64,000 nt of DNA from Pristiophorus japonicus (lineage: Eukaryota). Under the pieces are notes generated by a model. The model searched no databases, was not told the origin of the DNA, and saw nothing but the letters and a program-made list of their open reading frames with translations. A program made the position numbers and the translations under genes. The stretch is taken from the NCBI RefSeq assembly GCF_044704955.1, contig NC_091997.1:62434001-62498000 (forward strand), in the 5' to 3' direction. Shown one piece after another: positions 49,041-61,800 of this stretch; positions within the stretch are counted from its first letter, which is position 1, and every line of letters starts with the position of its first letter.

Positions 49041-49613
49041 ACAATAGAGTCGGCTGAGCCACGCTGAATTTGCAATCGACATCAGTGAATCTAACCTGGG
49101 TGCTAGTTAGCCTCAGTACCGCAGGGTACAGGGATCCCACCTTCCAGTCACTTCGTCTGGAAAATGCACCTGTGGATATCGAGTGAGAGCCATTTGCTAA
49201 GATGCATCCCACGATTAAATATTGTGGTGACACTTTTAACACATGAAATTTTTTTCATCCAATTTACTTTTGAAAGTTACTATTGAATCTGCTTCCACCC
49301 ACCGTTTCATTCCATATCACAACTCGTTGTGTAAAGAAATTCTCATCTTCCCTCTGGTTTTTGCTAACTATATTAAATCTGTGTCCTCTGGTTACTGACC
49401 CTCTTGCCACTGGAAAGTTTTTCTTTATTTACTGCATTAAAACCCCTCAATTTTGAACACCTCTATTGGACACATTCTAAATGGTAACCTAACCATTTTA
49501 TAAAGGTTTAGCATAAGTTCTGTGCCATATGCTTTTTTAACAGCCTTGTCCTGTCCCCAGTTTGGGTCTGTTAGTCTCGTAGTAGTTACTGGATGCTCCC
49601 CTCTTGTCTTCAG

Positions 49614-49754
49614 CTGCCGGCCAGAAGCTCTACGTGAGACTCTTTCAACGGAAGCTGAATTGGCTAAAAGTGAGCAGGCTGGATTATGCTGAGATTGGCC
49701 TGGATCTGACCCCCACCATCGAAGAGCTGAGTCTCGCTGGCTTGTTACAAACAG
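49614..49754 (+). CDS. FAN1: FAN1 exon 2
   Basis: [19 protein letters not shown]...AGLLQT. Confidence 0.96.
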
Positions 49755-50465
49755 GTATAGGAATCCCTCATCCAGGGCGGGTTTTAATCAGAACATTGAA
49801 GCTTGCTGCATTACTGATTTTAAAATCCTTCTCTTCATCTTCAGCTCTCCCCGCATCCTCGTCCCCCGCTCTCCCCGTGCCATTGTTCCCCGCTATCCCA
49901 CGCCACCCACTCTCCCCGCATCCTCGTCCCCCGCTCTCCCCGTGCCATTGTTCCCTGCTATCCTCTCACTCTCCACTCTCCCCATGGCTTTGTTCCCCCC
50001 CGCTCTCCCCATGGCCTCGCCCCCGCCCTTTCCAGCCCTACACCTGCTACTCTACGATTCTTTGACTGGCCTGTTATACCGCCCCAGCCTCGGCCCTCCA
50101 TTGGATCAGGGTCTTCAGCCACCTTGGCCACTCTGCAACTCTCTCTCCAAACCCTGCCCCTCGCCTTTTTAAAAACCTTCTCAAATACCATCATTTCCAC
50201 CAAGCTTTTGGTAAACTCGCCCCCATTGTCTCATTGCTTGCTTCTTTATTCCTTTTATGAGTATCTCCCCCAAAAGTGAAGGGTTTCGGGGGCTTTCACT
50301 GTTCTGGATGCTGAGTAGATGTACCTGGGGCACAGGATGTTTTAAAGTACACCTGAGTCATCCAGCATTGGGTACGTCCGCGATAGTGTGGGGTCATGGG
50401 TCAGTGGATACCGTTCGCCAGGGCCCTGTGTGTTTATTCTCTGACGATGTCCTTTCCCCCCACAG

Positions 50466-50664
50466 GGTCGGAACTGTGCGACATCTCCGAGGCCCTGGAC
50501 CTGCTGTCAGCCCCTGAGCTCAAACTATTGGCTAAAACCTTCCACCTGCAACCCCGGGGTCAGAGGGCGGAGATCCTGGGGTCCCTGCTCCAGTTGGGCA
50601 AGCAGAAATCGATCTTCAGTAGTGACCGGAACCCATCGAGCCCCGGCTCCGCCATCCTCAACAG
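50466..50664 (+). CDS. FAN1: FAN1 exon 3 (SAP domain)
   Basis: SELCDISEALDLLSAPELKLLAKTFHL...; phase-2 donor AG|GTTCTT (weak). Confidence 0.88.
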
Positions 50665-51134
50665 GTTCTTCAACAGGCGCCACTTAACCTTCGGAGCGGA
50701 GTGCACACTACCTGCGGGAAGGGTATAGGGGGGGAAGGGAGCGGCAACGAGGGGAGAGAAGGGGCAGCGAGGGTGGGGAAGAGGCAGAGGGGGGCAGCGA
50801 GGGTGGGGAAGGAGCAGTGAGGGTGGGGCAGCACAGGTGGGGTGTGGAATACCTACTCGGGGAGGGATTGCAAGCCATCTAGCACGATGGACCTAGAGGA
50901 CGTTCCTCGTCCTTTGAGGCGAATAGCATAGAGACTTTGAAGGGGAAGCTGGATAAACAAGATGCTGGAGAAAGGAGTAGAGGGATATGCTGATAAGGTG
51001 AGATGAAGGCGGGAGGAGACTCGTGTGGACATAAACACGGCATGGACCAGTTGTGCCAAATGACCTCTTTCAGTGCTGTGAATTCTCTAATTCTGTGTGT
51101 TTACCAGCCTGCGTTTAATGGTATGTGTTGTCAG

Positions 51135-51368
51135 GGTGAAGGAGCTGGTCGGACGGTGTGTGAAAGTCACTGCGCCAGCCCGTGCAGTGTTCTCACGGGT
51201 TTTGCTACTTTTCTCTCTGACTGAGTCGACGGATGAAGAGGAGGCGGCCAGTGCTGGACAGAGTCAGCTGTCCACAGTGCTCATGGTCAACATGGGACAC
51301 GTCGTCTTCCCCAGTTACAGCGTGCTGAGGGAGACCAAAATCTTTCGACACAGGGACGACCTACTCAG
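51135..51368 (+). CDS. FAN1: FAN1 exon 4
   Basis: RAVFSRVLLLFSLTESTDEEEAASAGQSQLSTVLMVNMG...IFRHRDDLLR. Confidence 0.96.
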
Positions 51369-51436
51369 GTGACAACACACTCTGATCACTTCAATAAATA
51401 GGGCAGGCACAGAGTTAACAGGATAAATCCACCATT

Positions 51437-52147
51437 CGGTGTGGGGGAGGGGGGCCCGGTGTGGGACTAAGCCCTGGGGAGCACTGCCCAGTGTGGGACT
51501 GAGCCCCAGGGTGCAGGGCCTGCTGTGGGACGGAGCCCCGGGGAGGGGGTCCCCGGTGTGGGACTGAGCCCCAGGGAGCAGGGCCCTGTGTGGGACCGAG
51601 CCCCGGGGAGGGGGTCCCCGGTGTGGGACTGAGCCCCAGGGAGGGGGGCCCGGTGTGGGACTGAGCTCCGGGGAGCGGGGCCCTGTGTGGGACTGAGCCC
51701 CGGGGAGCACTCCCCAGTGTGGGACTGAGCCCCAGGGAGGGGGTCCCGGTGTGGGACTGAGCCCCGGGGAGAGGGTCCCCGGTGTGGGACTGAGCTCCGG
51801 GGAGCAGGGCCCGGTGTGGGACCGAGCCCCGGGGAGGGGGTCCCCGGTGTGGGACTGAGCCCCAGGGAGGGGGGCCCGGTGTGGGACTGAGCTCCGGGGA
51901 GCGGGGCCCTGTGTGGGACTGAGCCCCGGGGAGCACTCCCCAGTGTGGGACTGAGCCCCAGGGAGGGGGTCCCGGTGTGGGACTGAGCCCCAGGGAGCAG
52001 GGCCCTGTGTGGGACCGAGCCCCGGGGAGAGGGTCCCCGGTGTGGGACTGAGCTCCGGGGAGCAGGGCCCAGTGTGGGACTGAGCCCCAGGGAGGGGGTC
52101 CCCGGTGTGGGGCTGAGCTCCGGGGAGCAGGGCCCTGTGTGGGACTT
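51437..52147. repeat. 31/32-bp G-rich minisatellite in FAN1 intron 4
   Basis: Unit GGTGTGGGACTGAGCCCCGGGGAGGGGGTCCC with variants. Confidence 0.95.
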
Positions 52148-52403
52148 GATGGAAAGTCAATGTATGAGCAGATAAATTAATGTATAATGGGTGGATATAT
52201 GAGTAGATTGTTTGAAGAAGAGGTGGGTGATGCTCCCTAACACGATTACACAGCATTAGGCTGTTTGTGCAATTTTGATTTCTGAAGCAGAAATGCTGTC
52301 ATTTTAAATGAAACGACGGGCTATTTGTTTCATAGTGGGTGTTGACATGTGTTCCCCGACGGGTGAATGTTCCTTGATGGGTGAATTGTGTGTTCCCGGA
52401 CAG

Positions 52404-52535
52404 ATACGACGCAGCCGTGCATTCTCTGGCCGAGGTGGGGAATGCCATGAGCAATGGGACCTGGAGTGATGCCCTTCAGATTTATAAAAATGCCAGAGAG
52501 AAGTGGAGCTCGCTGGAGAACAGCAGTGACGTCAG
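52404..52535 (+). CDS. FAN1: FAN1 exon 5
   Basis: YDAAVHSLAEVGNAMSNGTWSDALQIYKNAREKW; phases match neighbouring exons. Confidence 0.92.
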
Positions 52536-52972
52536 GTAATGTGAGGGATGCACAGCATGCTCACAACCATCCGTGTCGGGTGGTAACCCTCATGGGGGAA
52601 TCTAGAACCAGGGGGCACAGTCTCAGAACAAGGGGTCGCCTATTTAAAACAGAAATGAGGAGGAATTTCTGCTCTCCATTTCTTATGTTAATGGGGAAAA
52701 GACCCCCACCAGGCAGCACTGCCCCCCCCCCCCCCCGGGCAATATCCATTGAGGAGCTTTGTGCAGCTTTGTATTTAGAGGCACTTTGTTAATCCCATAA
52801 CTGGGAGGCTGGTGACAGCGACTGCGGGAACATACATTTCAGGGAACTGGGGAACACCCGTTCCTGTCTCCCTGGGAAAGCTCAGATGGGGGGTTGGGAG
52901 AAGTGGGTCCAGGAGAGAATGGACCTGAATAACAGCACTGTGCCTTTATATGAAGTCTTGAATGTAATTATT

Positions 52973-54248
52973 AAGAACATAAGAAATAGGAACAGGAGTA
53001 GGCTAAACGGCCCCTTGAGCCTGCTCCGCCATTTAATACGATCATGGCTGATCCGATCATGGACTCGGACTCAGTTTCACTTTCCTGTCCGCTCCCCATA
53101 ATGCCTTATCCCCTTATCTTTTAAGAAATTGTCTATTTCTGTCTTAAATTTATTCAATGCCACAGCTCTCTGAGGCAGCGAATTCCACATATTACAACCC
53201 TCAGAGAAGAAATTCCTTCTCATCTGTTTTAAATGGGCGATCCTTTATTCTAAGATCATGCCCCCTAGTTCTAGTCTCCCCCATCAGTGGAAACACCCTT
53301 TCTGCATCCACCTTGTCAAGCCCCCTCATAATCTTATACGTTTCGATAAGATCACCTCTCATTCTTCTGAATTCCAATGAGTAGAGGCCCAACCTACTCA
53401 ACCTTTCCTCATAAGTCAACCCCCTCATCCCCGGAATCAACCGAGTGAACCTTCTCTGAACTGCCTCCAAAGCAAATATATCCTTTCGTAAATATGGAAA
53501 CCAAAACTGCACGCAGTACTCCAGGTGTGGCCTCACCAATACCTTATATAGCTGTAGCAAGACATCCTTGCTTTTATACTCCATACCCTTTGCAATAAAG
53601 GCCAAGATACCATTGGCCTTTCTGATCACTTGCTGTACCTGCATACTATCCTTGTGTTTCATGCACAAGTGCCCCCAGATCCTGCTGTACTACAGCACTT
53701 TGCAATCTTTCTCAATTTAAATAATAACTTGCTCTTTGATTTTTTTCTGCCAAAGTGCATGACCTCACACTTTCCAACATTATACTCCATCTGCCAAATT
53801 TTTGCCCACTCACTTAGCTTGTCTATGTCCTTTTGCAGATTTTTTGTGTCTTCCTCACACATTGCTTTTCCTCCCATCTTTGTATCATCAGCAAACTTGG
53901 CTACGTTACACTCGGTCCTTTCTTCCAAGTCGTTAATATGGATTGTAAATAGTTGGGGTCCCAGCACTGATCCCTGCGGCACCCCACTAGTTACAGGTTG
54001 CCAACCAGAGAATGAACCATTTATCCCGACTCTGTTCTCTGTTAGTTAGCCAATCCTCTATCCCCAACCCTGTGAACTTTTATCTTGTTCAGTAACCTTT
54101 TATGTGGCACCTTGTCAAATGCCTTCTGGAAGTTCAAATACACCACATCCACTGGTTCCCCTTAATCCACCCTGTTCGTTACATCCTCAAAGAACTCCAG
54201 TAAATTTGTCAAACATGACTTCCCTTCATAAATCCATGCTGACTGCCT
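52973..54248 (-). mobile_element. 5'-truncated CR1 LINE
   Basis: [18 protein letters not shown] and LVRPHLEYCVQFW motifs; (ATAAGAAC)n tail. Confidence 0.93.
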
Positions 54249-54744
54249 GACCCAGGGTGTTTCACAGAGACACAAAGTGATAATAAAAGAAGAATTGGAG
54301 AGGTGACCAACGGCATGTCCATGTTGGGTATTCAGGCATTTAAGGAGGGCGTTCCAGAATATTGAGCTAAGACAGCTGGAGGTTGTGCTTCTCAAAGTGG
54401 GGTGAACGGGGGGTGGGGGTAAGGCCAGAGTTGGAAGAGTGGAGCGTGAGTGCTGGTGTGAGGCTGGGGGAGGTTGCAGAGGGGGGCAGGGTGGATCTGA
54501 AGCCATAGTTAATAAGGATCTTGAATTCAATGTGGAAATTGGCAAGGATGCAGGAAAGGAGAACATGACTTAGTGCGTGATCACATGTAAGCAGCAGAGC
54601 TTTGGACAAGTTGGAGTTTGTGTAGGATGGAGTTGAGGAAGCTGAAGAATGAATGAGGGTTTCAGCAGTGGTGGGTGTTCAGCGGGTGGCAATAGGCAGT
54701 TTTACAAGATTGGGTATGAGCTATGGAACAATTTTAACAGAGGA

Positions 54745-54905
54745 GCAGAGTAAAGCGTTCTCTACACTGTCCCATCAAACACTCCCAGGGCGTATAGCAC
54801 GGGTTAGATACAGAGTAAAGCTCCCTCTACACTGTCCCATCAAACACTCCCAGGGCAGGTACAGCACGGGTTAGATACAGAGTAAAGCTCCCTCTACACT
54901 GTCCT
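54745..54905. repeat. Satellite B, short array (2-3 units)
   Basis: Same unit as 1162-2335. Confidence 0.9.
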
Positions 54906-55170
54906 AACAATGTTCCTCATTAATCCTGCCTACTGCCCCAGTGAGTAATGTGAGCGCTGTCACACTGTACCTGTGCTGTGGACTCGGGTCCCGCAGGGAC
55001 AGGTTGAGACTGGCCAAGGTCTGTAACAGCGAGCAGAGAGATGGGTTTGAGCCCAGGACTCTGAGGGCAACGTCCGATCCCCAACACCCTAGTCGCACTA
55101 AACAAACATTACCTGGCCAGTGTGTTTCTTTTTCATTTTAGAATGGGTGACTAATATTGGTTAATTTTAG

Positions 55171-55279
55171 GTTCTGTCGGGAGCTCCCGGTGTACCTGCG
55201 ATGTTTCACTGCGGGCTGGATCTACACGCGCATCCGATTCCGTGGGGTTGAAGTTTTACAGCGGCTGCACATGTACCAG
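55171..55279 (+). CDS. FAN1: FAN1 exon 6
   Basis: [33 protein letters not shown]. Confidence 0.96.
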
Positions 55280-55312
55280 GTAAAAAATGCAAAATTACAC
55301 AAGAAAAGCGCA

Positions 55313-55550
55313 GTGACCCGGCAACTGGTTATAGTGATCTGGTGACCCGGTGCCAGTTAGTGATCCGGTGCGAGGGCTCGGTGCCAGTTAGTGATCCGAT
55401 GACCCGGTGCGAGGGCTCGGTGCCAGTTAGTGATCTGGTGACCCGGTGCGAGGGCTTGGTGCCAGTTAGTGACCCGGTGCGAGGGCTCGGTGCCAATTAG
55501 TGACCCGGTGCGAGGGCTCGGTGCCAGTTAGTGATCTGGTGACCCTGTGC
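55313..55550. repeat. ~31-39-bp minisatellite
   Basis: GACCCGGTGCGAGGGCTCGGTGCCAGTTAGTGATC variants. Confidence 0.85.
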
Positions 55551-55634
55551 AGGGGTGCAAGTAGGTTGTGTTGACGAGAGGATTGAAGCTGCTGGTGTCG
55601 GATGTTAAACCCTGTCTTCGAATCTCATTCTCAG

Positions 55635-55754
55635 GAGGCGGTGGAGGAATTGCAAAGCCTTTTGGAGCAAAGCATCTTTTGTCCAGAGAGCCGTGGGCTG
55701 TGGTGGGATCGGCTGAGTCTGAATCTCCAGCAGCATCTGAAACGGCCCGATCAG
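55635..55754 (+). CDS. FAN1: FAN1 exon 7
   Basis: [40 protein letters not shown]. Confidence 0.96.
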
Positions 55755-56059
55755 GTACTGCTGACGACGAGGGCCAGTGTGGCTGCTGCTTACTGTGATG
55801 TCATTGCCGAGTCCTTATGTATTTCCGGGCATTGATCCTGATGAGGCAGGTCCCACTATGGTGATCAGTCACAGGATCTCTTTCTCTCCCCGCCCACCCC
55901 CCCCCCCGTGTCTGACACAGTGCAGGGGATCACACCCCACTACCACCGACTGCTCTGTGATCTTGATCAGGTTTGATCAATAACTAGGTCCAGGTAACCT
56001 GGTTGAAGAATGCTCACGATGGAAGCTGATTTGAACTCACTGACTCACTCCTCAGATTA

Positions 56060-57030
56060 TTCTGTTCGAGTGTTGATGTGGTGTACCTGGACTTCGAAAA
56101 GTTGTTTGATAAAGTGCCACATAATAGGCTTGCAAGCAAAGTTGAAGCTAATGGATTACAAGGGACAGTGGCAGAATGGATACGGAATTGGCTAAGTGAC
56201 GGGCAACAGAGTAGTGGTGACCAGTTGTTTTTCGGACTGGAGGAAGGTATACAGTGGGGTTCCCCAGGGGTCGGTACTGGGACCACTGCTTTTCATAATA
56301 TATATTAATGATTTAGACTTGGGTGTACAGGGCACAATTTCAAAATTTGCAGATGACAAAACTTGGAAGTATAGTGATAGACAGGCTGGTGGAATGGGTG
56401 GACATATAGCAGATAAAATTTAATGCTGAAAAGTGATACATTTTGGTAGGAAGAATGAGATAAGACAATATAAACTAACGGCTACAATTCTAAAGGGGGC
56501 ACATGAACACGGAGACCAAGGGTATATGTGCACAAATCATTGAAGGTGGCAGGGAAGGTTGAGAAAGCGGTTAAAAAAGCTTACAGGATCCTGGGCTTCA
56601 CAAATAGAGACAGAGTACAAAAGCAAGGAATTATGATGAACATTTATAAAATACTAGTTCAGCCTCAACTGGAGCATTGTATCCAATTCTGGGCCCCGCA
56701 CTTTAGGAAGGATGTGAAGGCCTTGGAGACGGTGCAGGGGAGATTTACAAGAATGGTTCCAGGGACGAGGGACTTCAGTTACATGGATAGACTGGAGAAG
56801 CTGGGATTGGTTTCCTGGAGGGGTCCAGACAGAGTCGAGAGAAACTGTTCCCATTGGCAGAAGGGTCGAGAACCAAAGGACACAGATTTAAGGTAATTGG
56901 CAGAAGAACCAAAGGCGACATGAGGAAAAACATTGCGGGAAAGGGCAGGGAAGTGGGACTAGCTGAGGTGCTCCTGCAGAGAGCCGGCACGGGCCGAACG
57001 GCCTCCTGTGCTGTGACCATTCTCTGATTC
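56060..57030 (+). mobile_element. Sense-oriented degraded CR1 LINE ending at the FAN1 exon 8 acceptor
   Basis: [27 protein letters not shown] and KFADD motifs; 3' tail GGGCCGAACGGCCTCCTGTGCTGTGACCATTCTCTGATTC. Confidence 0.88.
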
Positions 57031-57033
57031 CAG

Positions 57034-57198
57034 GCAATCGGCTGTGTGCGGGAAGGGCTGAACGATGCTCAGGTACAGACGGGACATCGCCTGGCGCTAC
57101 ACCAGCGGGCAATGCGGATACGTGACTCCCCAAGCTGCAAGAAATGGCGCCACCTTCTTCAGGATCTGCCAGTGATGGGAGTGGAAGATGTGCCGCAT
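57034..57198 (+). CDS. FAN1: FAN1 exon 8
   Basis: AIGCVREGLNDAQVQTGHRLALHQRAMRIRDSPSCKK...EDVPH; GTGAGT donor. Confidence 0.94.
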
Positions 57199-57217
57199 GT
57201 GAGTGTACCAGCAACAT

Positions 57218-57412
57218 TCACCCCGCCCGTCTAAACCTCACGTTCCTCATCACCCCGCCCGTCTAAACCTCACATTCCTCATCACCCCGCTCGTCTAAAC
57301 CTCACATTCCTCATCACCCCGCCCGTCTAAACCTCACGTTCCTCATCTCCCATCACCCCGCCCGTCTAAACCTCACATTCCTCATCACCCCGCCCGTCTA
57401 AACCTCACATTC
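57218..57412. repeat. 32-bp minisatellite (about 6 units)
   Basis: TCACCCCGCCCGTCTAAACCTCACATTCCTCA. Confidence 0.9.
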
Positions 57413-57902
57413 TTCAAGGGTCTGGTGTGGATGATTTTATTTAAATCCTTTTATTGACTGCGTTATTTCCACAAATCTGTCTCGGGTCTGACTGGGTCCA
57501 CTAACTCGCCATTGATTGTCTGGGACATCAGCAGAGCCCCCCGCTGCCTGAGGGGGGAGATTTGACCCCGTTTACCCCACTACCCCTCCTGATGCTCGCT
57601 GAGTACCTGAAAATTGAAAAGTGTCTTAAATCATTGTCATCTAATGGCCCTGATTCTATGCTGTAAAATTCTGTCATGTATATTTTCTATTTAAATGTAA
57701 TCCTATATATTGTTCTAATAGCTCCGGGGCTCAGTTCCACACCGGGCCCTGCTTTCCCACACCCTGGGCAGGGCCTTTACCCACTGAGCCAATAAAGGAG
57801 CCTCTTAATTCACCCTTTAATATATATTTCAGGATAATGGTGCCCTGGGAGCCAGGCTGCATCTGAACAGGTTTTAATTGCTGGTTTTAATTTTCTTTGT
57901 AG

Positions 57903-58056
57903 GTGACAGTGAAGGGCAGAGCCTGCCCGGGGATGGGTAATGCCTTGTTCCTGATGGAACGCACCAGTGAGGGGGAGGGGGAGTCTTGCTCCACAGTGAT
58001 CTGTTCGGTGGAGGAGGTTTCTCTGGCTCACTACCAGCGGCAAGGCTTCGATCAGG
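57903..58056 (+). CDS. FAN1: FAN1 exon 9
   Basis: [10 protein letters not shown]...[22 protein letters not shown]. Confidence 0.95.
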
Positions 58057-58135
58057 GTAATCACCAAATCAGCTCACATTGATTGCTGCTGAGGTGCGAA
58101 GACTGTGTGCAGTGATCTGTCGCTCTGTGTTTCAG

Positions 58136-58239
58136 GGATACACGGTGAAGGAGCCACCTTCTTAACGCTATTCGGACTTCTCTTCTGGGAAATCATCTTC
58201 CTGCCCGGAATCCCGGATGTTTTCCGGAATCCGTATCAG
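58136..58239 (+). CDS. FAN1: FAN1 exon 10
   Basis: [35 protein letters not shown]; follows a 79-bp intron. Confidence 0.96.
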
Positions 58240-58580
58240 GTATTTGGCTGAAGGGTTGCTTCTCCCAGACTAGGGTACGTACCTTGGGCAGGGATTGGGG
58301 GAAGCGTGTCGATTCATTCAAATGCAAAATAGATCCATTTCTTTCAGAAATTGACAGATACCATATTGGAGTAATGTCAGACATGCCGTGGGGTGAATGC
58401 TGCGTATTCGGGAGGGACAGGTAACTTTGGAGCCCTGCTCCCAAAGCTCTCCAGCACTGGGTCTGTTGTATACTCATTGATCGAGATTGTTGGGATCCGA
58501 GGAGAACCAGGGTCTTTTTTTAGTCCAGTGATGACTACAGTGCCCTGATAAATGTGATTAATGGTGTATTTCTGCCCCAG

Positions 58581-58775
58581 GCTTGCCCTCTGGATCTCTA
58601 CACCGAGTGTTTCTATCAGCACCGGAGGGAGCCCATTGAATCGAGGCTTGAGATCCTGCAAGATGCCCCCACAGGAACCCTCCACACACTCATCGCCAAC
58701 GTGTGGAACAGTCACAAAGGCACAGCAGCCACGTTAGTCAACTGGGAGATCTTCAGCTCTCTTCAGCAGGCCCAG
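58581..58775 (+). CDS. FAN1: FAN1 exon 11
   Basis: ACPLDLYTECFYQHRREPIESRL...LVNWEIFSSLQQAQ. Confidence 0.96.
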
Positions 58776-58819
58776 GTACATAGCTTCTACCCCAGTATTA
58801 TAGTGATAGACCTGTACCC

Positions 58820-61800
58820 ATAAAAATTAACAGGAGTAGGCCATCGAGCCTGCTCCGCCATTCAACAAGATCATGGCGGATCTGGCCGTGGACTCAGCTC
58901 CACTTACCCGCCCGCTCCCCGTAACCCTTAATGGTTCAAAATCTATCTTATCTATGATTTGAATACATTCAATGAGCTAGCCTCAACTGCTTCCTTGGGC
59001 AGAGAATTCTACAGATTCACAACCCTCTGGGAGAAGAAATTCCTTCTCAACTCGGTTTTAAATTGGCTGTGCCCCCTAGTTCTCGTCGCCCCGACCAGTG
59101 GAAACAACCTCTCTGCCTCTATCTTGTCTATCCCTTTCATCATTTTAAATGTTTCTATAAGATCACCCCTCATCCTTCTGAACTCCAACGAGTAAAGACC
59201 CAGCCTACTCAATCTATCATCATAAGTAATCTCTGAAATCAGCCTAGTGAATCGTCTCTGTACCCCCTCCAAAGCTAGTATATCCTTCCTTAATTAAGGT
59301 GACCAAAACTGCACGCAGTACTCCAAGTGCGGCCTCACCAATACCCTATACAGTTGCAGCAGGACATCCCTGCTTTTGTACTCCATCCCTCTTGCAATGA
59401 AGGCCAACATTCCATTTGCCTTCCTGATTACCTGCAAACTAACTTTTTGGGATTCATGCACAAAGATCCCCAGGTCCCTCTGCATGTTGTAATTTCTCCC
59501 CATTCAAATATTCCCTTTTACTGTTTTTTTTCCCCCCCAAGGTGGATGACCTCTCATTTTCCGACATTATATTCCATCTGCCAAACCTTAGCCCATTCGC
59601 TTAACTTATCTAAATCTCTCTGTCGTCTGCACAACCCGCTTTCCCACTAATCTTTGTGTCATCTGCAAATTTTGTTACACTACACTCTGTCATCTATGTA
59701 TATTGTAAACAGTTGTGGTCCCAGCACCGATCCCTGTGGCACACCACTAACCACCGATTGCCAACCAGAAAAGGACCCATTTATCCCGACTCTCTGCTTT
59801 CTGTTCGCCAGCCAATTCTCTATCCATGCTAATACATTTCCTCTGACTCCGCATACCTTTATCTTCTGCAGTAACCTTTTGTGTGGCACCTTATCGAATG
59901 CCTTTTGGAAATCCAAATACACCACATCCATCGGTACACCTCTATCCACCATGCTCGTTCTATCCTCAAAGAATTCCAGTAAATTAGTTAAACATGATTT
60001 CCCCTTCATGAATCCATGCTGCGTCTGCTTGATTGCACTATTCCTATCTAGATGTCCCGCTATTTCTTCCTTAATGATAGCTTCAAGCATTTTCCTCACT
60101 ACAGATGTTAAACTAACCGGCCTATAGTTACCTGCCTTTTGTCTGCCCCCTTTTTTAAACAGAGGCGTTACATTAGCTGCTTTCCAATCTGCTGGTACCT
60201 CCCCAGAGTCCAGAGAATTTTGGTAGATTATAACGAATGCATCTGCTATAACTTCCGCCATCTCTTTTAATACCCTGGGATGCATTTCGTCGGGACTCAA
60301 GGTGGACAAGTCCCCTGGTCCTATTAGCCTGTCCAGCACTACCTCCCTAATGATTATCTCAAGGTCCTACATTCCCGTGACCAGCAATTTTTGGCATGGT
60401 TTTTGTGTCTTCCACGCTGAAGACCAAAGCAAAATAATTGTTTATGGTCTCAGCCATTTCCACATTTCCCATTATTAAATCCCCCTTCTCATCTTCTAAG
60501 GGACCAACATTTACTTTAGTCACTCTTTTCTGTTTTATATATTGGTAAAAGCTTTTACTATCTGTTTTTATGTTTTGCGCATCTTTCCTCTCTTAGCCAT
60601 TCTTTGCTGTCATTTAAAATTTTCCCACTAACCTTGGCCACCTTATACGCATTGGTTTTTAATTTGATACTCTCCTTTATTTCCTTGGTTATCCCTTCTT
60701 TTTCACTGGAATATATTTTTGTTGAGCACTCTGAAAGAGCTCCTTAAAAGTCCTCCACTGTTCCTCAATTGTGCCACCGTTTAGTCTGTGTTTCCAGTCT
60801 ACTTTAGCCAACTCTGCCCTCGTCCGCTTTAAGCATAGTACGCTCGTTTGAGACACTACTTCCTCACCCTCAATCTGTATTACAAATTCAACCATACTGT
60901 GATCACTCATTGCAAGAGGATCTTTTATTATTCCTGTCTCATTACACAGGACCAGATCTAAGATAGCTTGCTCCCTTGTAGGTTCTGTAACATACTGTTT
61001 TAAGAAACAATCCCGAATGCGCAGTCTATGAATTCCTCCTCCAGGCTACCCAGTACAATTTGATTTGACCAATCGATATGTAGGTTAAAATCCCCCATGA
61101 TTACTGCCGTTCCTTTTTCACATGCCTCCATTATTTCCTTGATTATTGCCTGCCCCACCGTGAAGTTATTATTTGGGGGCCTATAAACTACGCCCACCAG
61201 TGACTTTTTCCCCTTACTATCTCTAATCTCCACCCACAATGATTCAACATTTTGTTCATTAGAGCCAATATCGTCTCTCACAACTGCCCTGATATCATCC
61301 TTTATTAACAGAGCTACCCCACCTCCTTTCCCTTCTTGTCTATCACCCCTGTATGTTTAATTCCCAGTCTTGGCCACCCTGCAACCACGTTTCAGTAATG
61401 GCCACCAAATCATACCCATTTGGAATGATTTGTGCCGTCAACTCATTTACTTTACCTAAATGCACGCAGCATTCGAAAAGTGTGTTTTAATACTAGTTTT
61501 TAAACCTCCTGCAGCCCCTTCCTATCACCTTGTGGTTTACACTTACCCCAGTGCTACTCTGCTCTGTTGCCTCCTGCCTTTTGCATTCTTTCTTGGAGAT
61601 CTGTTCATCTGAGCTCTCACCCACTCTAACTAGCTCAGAGCCCTCTCCTGGATTCCCATCCCCCTGCCAAACTAGTTGAAAGCCCTCCCACCCGCGAGAA
61701 CATTGGTCCCGTCTCTGTTGAGGTGTAACCTGTCCGACTTGTACAGGTCCCACCTACCCCAGAAGCGGTCCCAATTGTTCAGGAAACTAAAACCCTCCCC

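Noticed and set aside
51315-52256. 313-aa collagen-like minus-strand ORF
   Set aside because: Translation of the 31/32-bp intronic minisatellite
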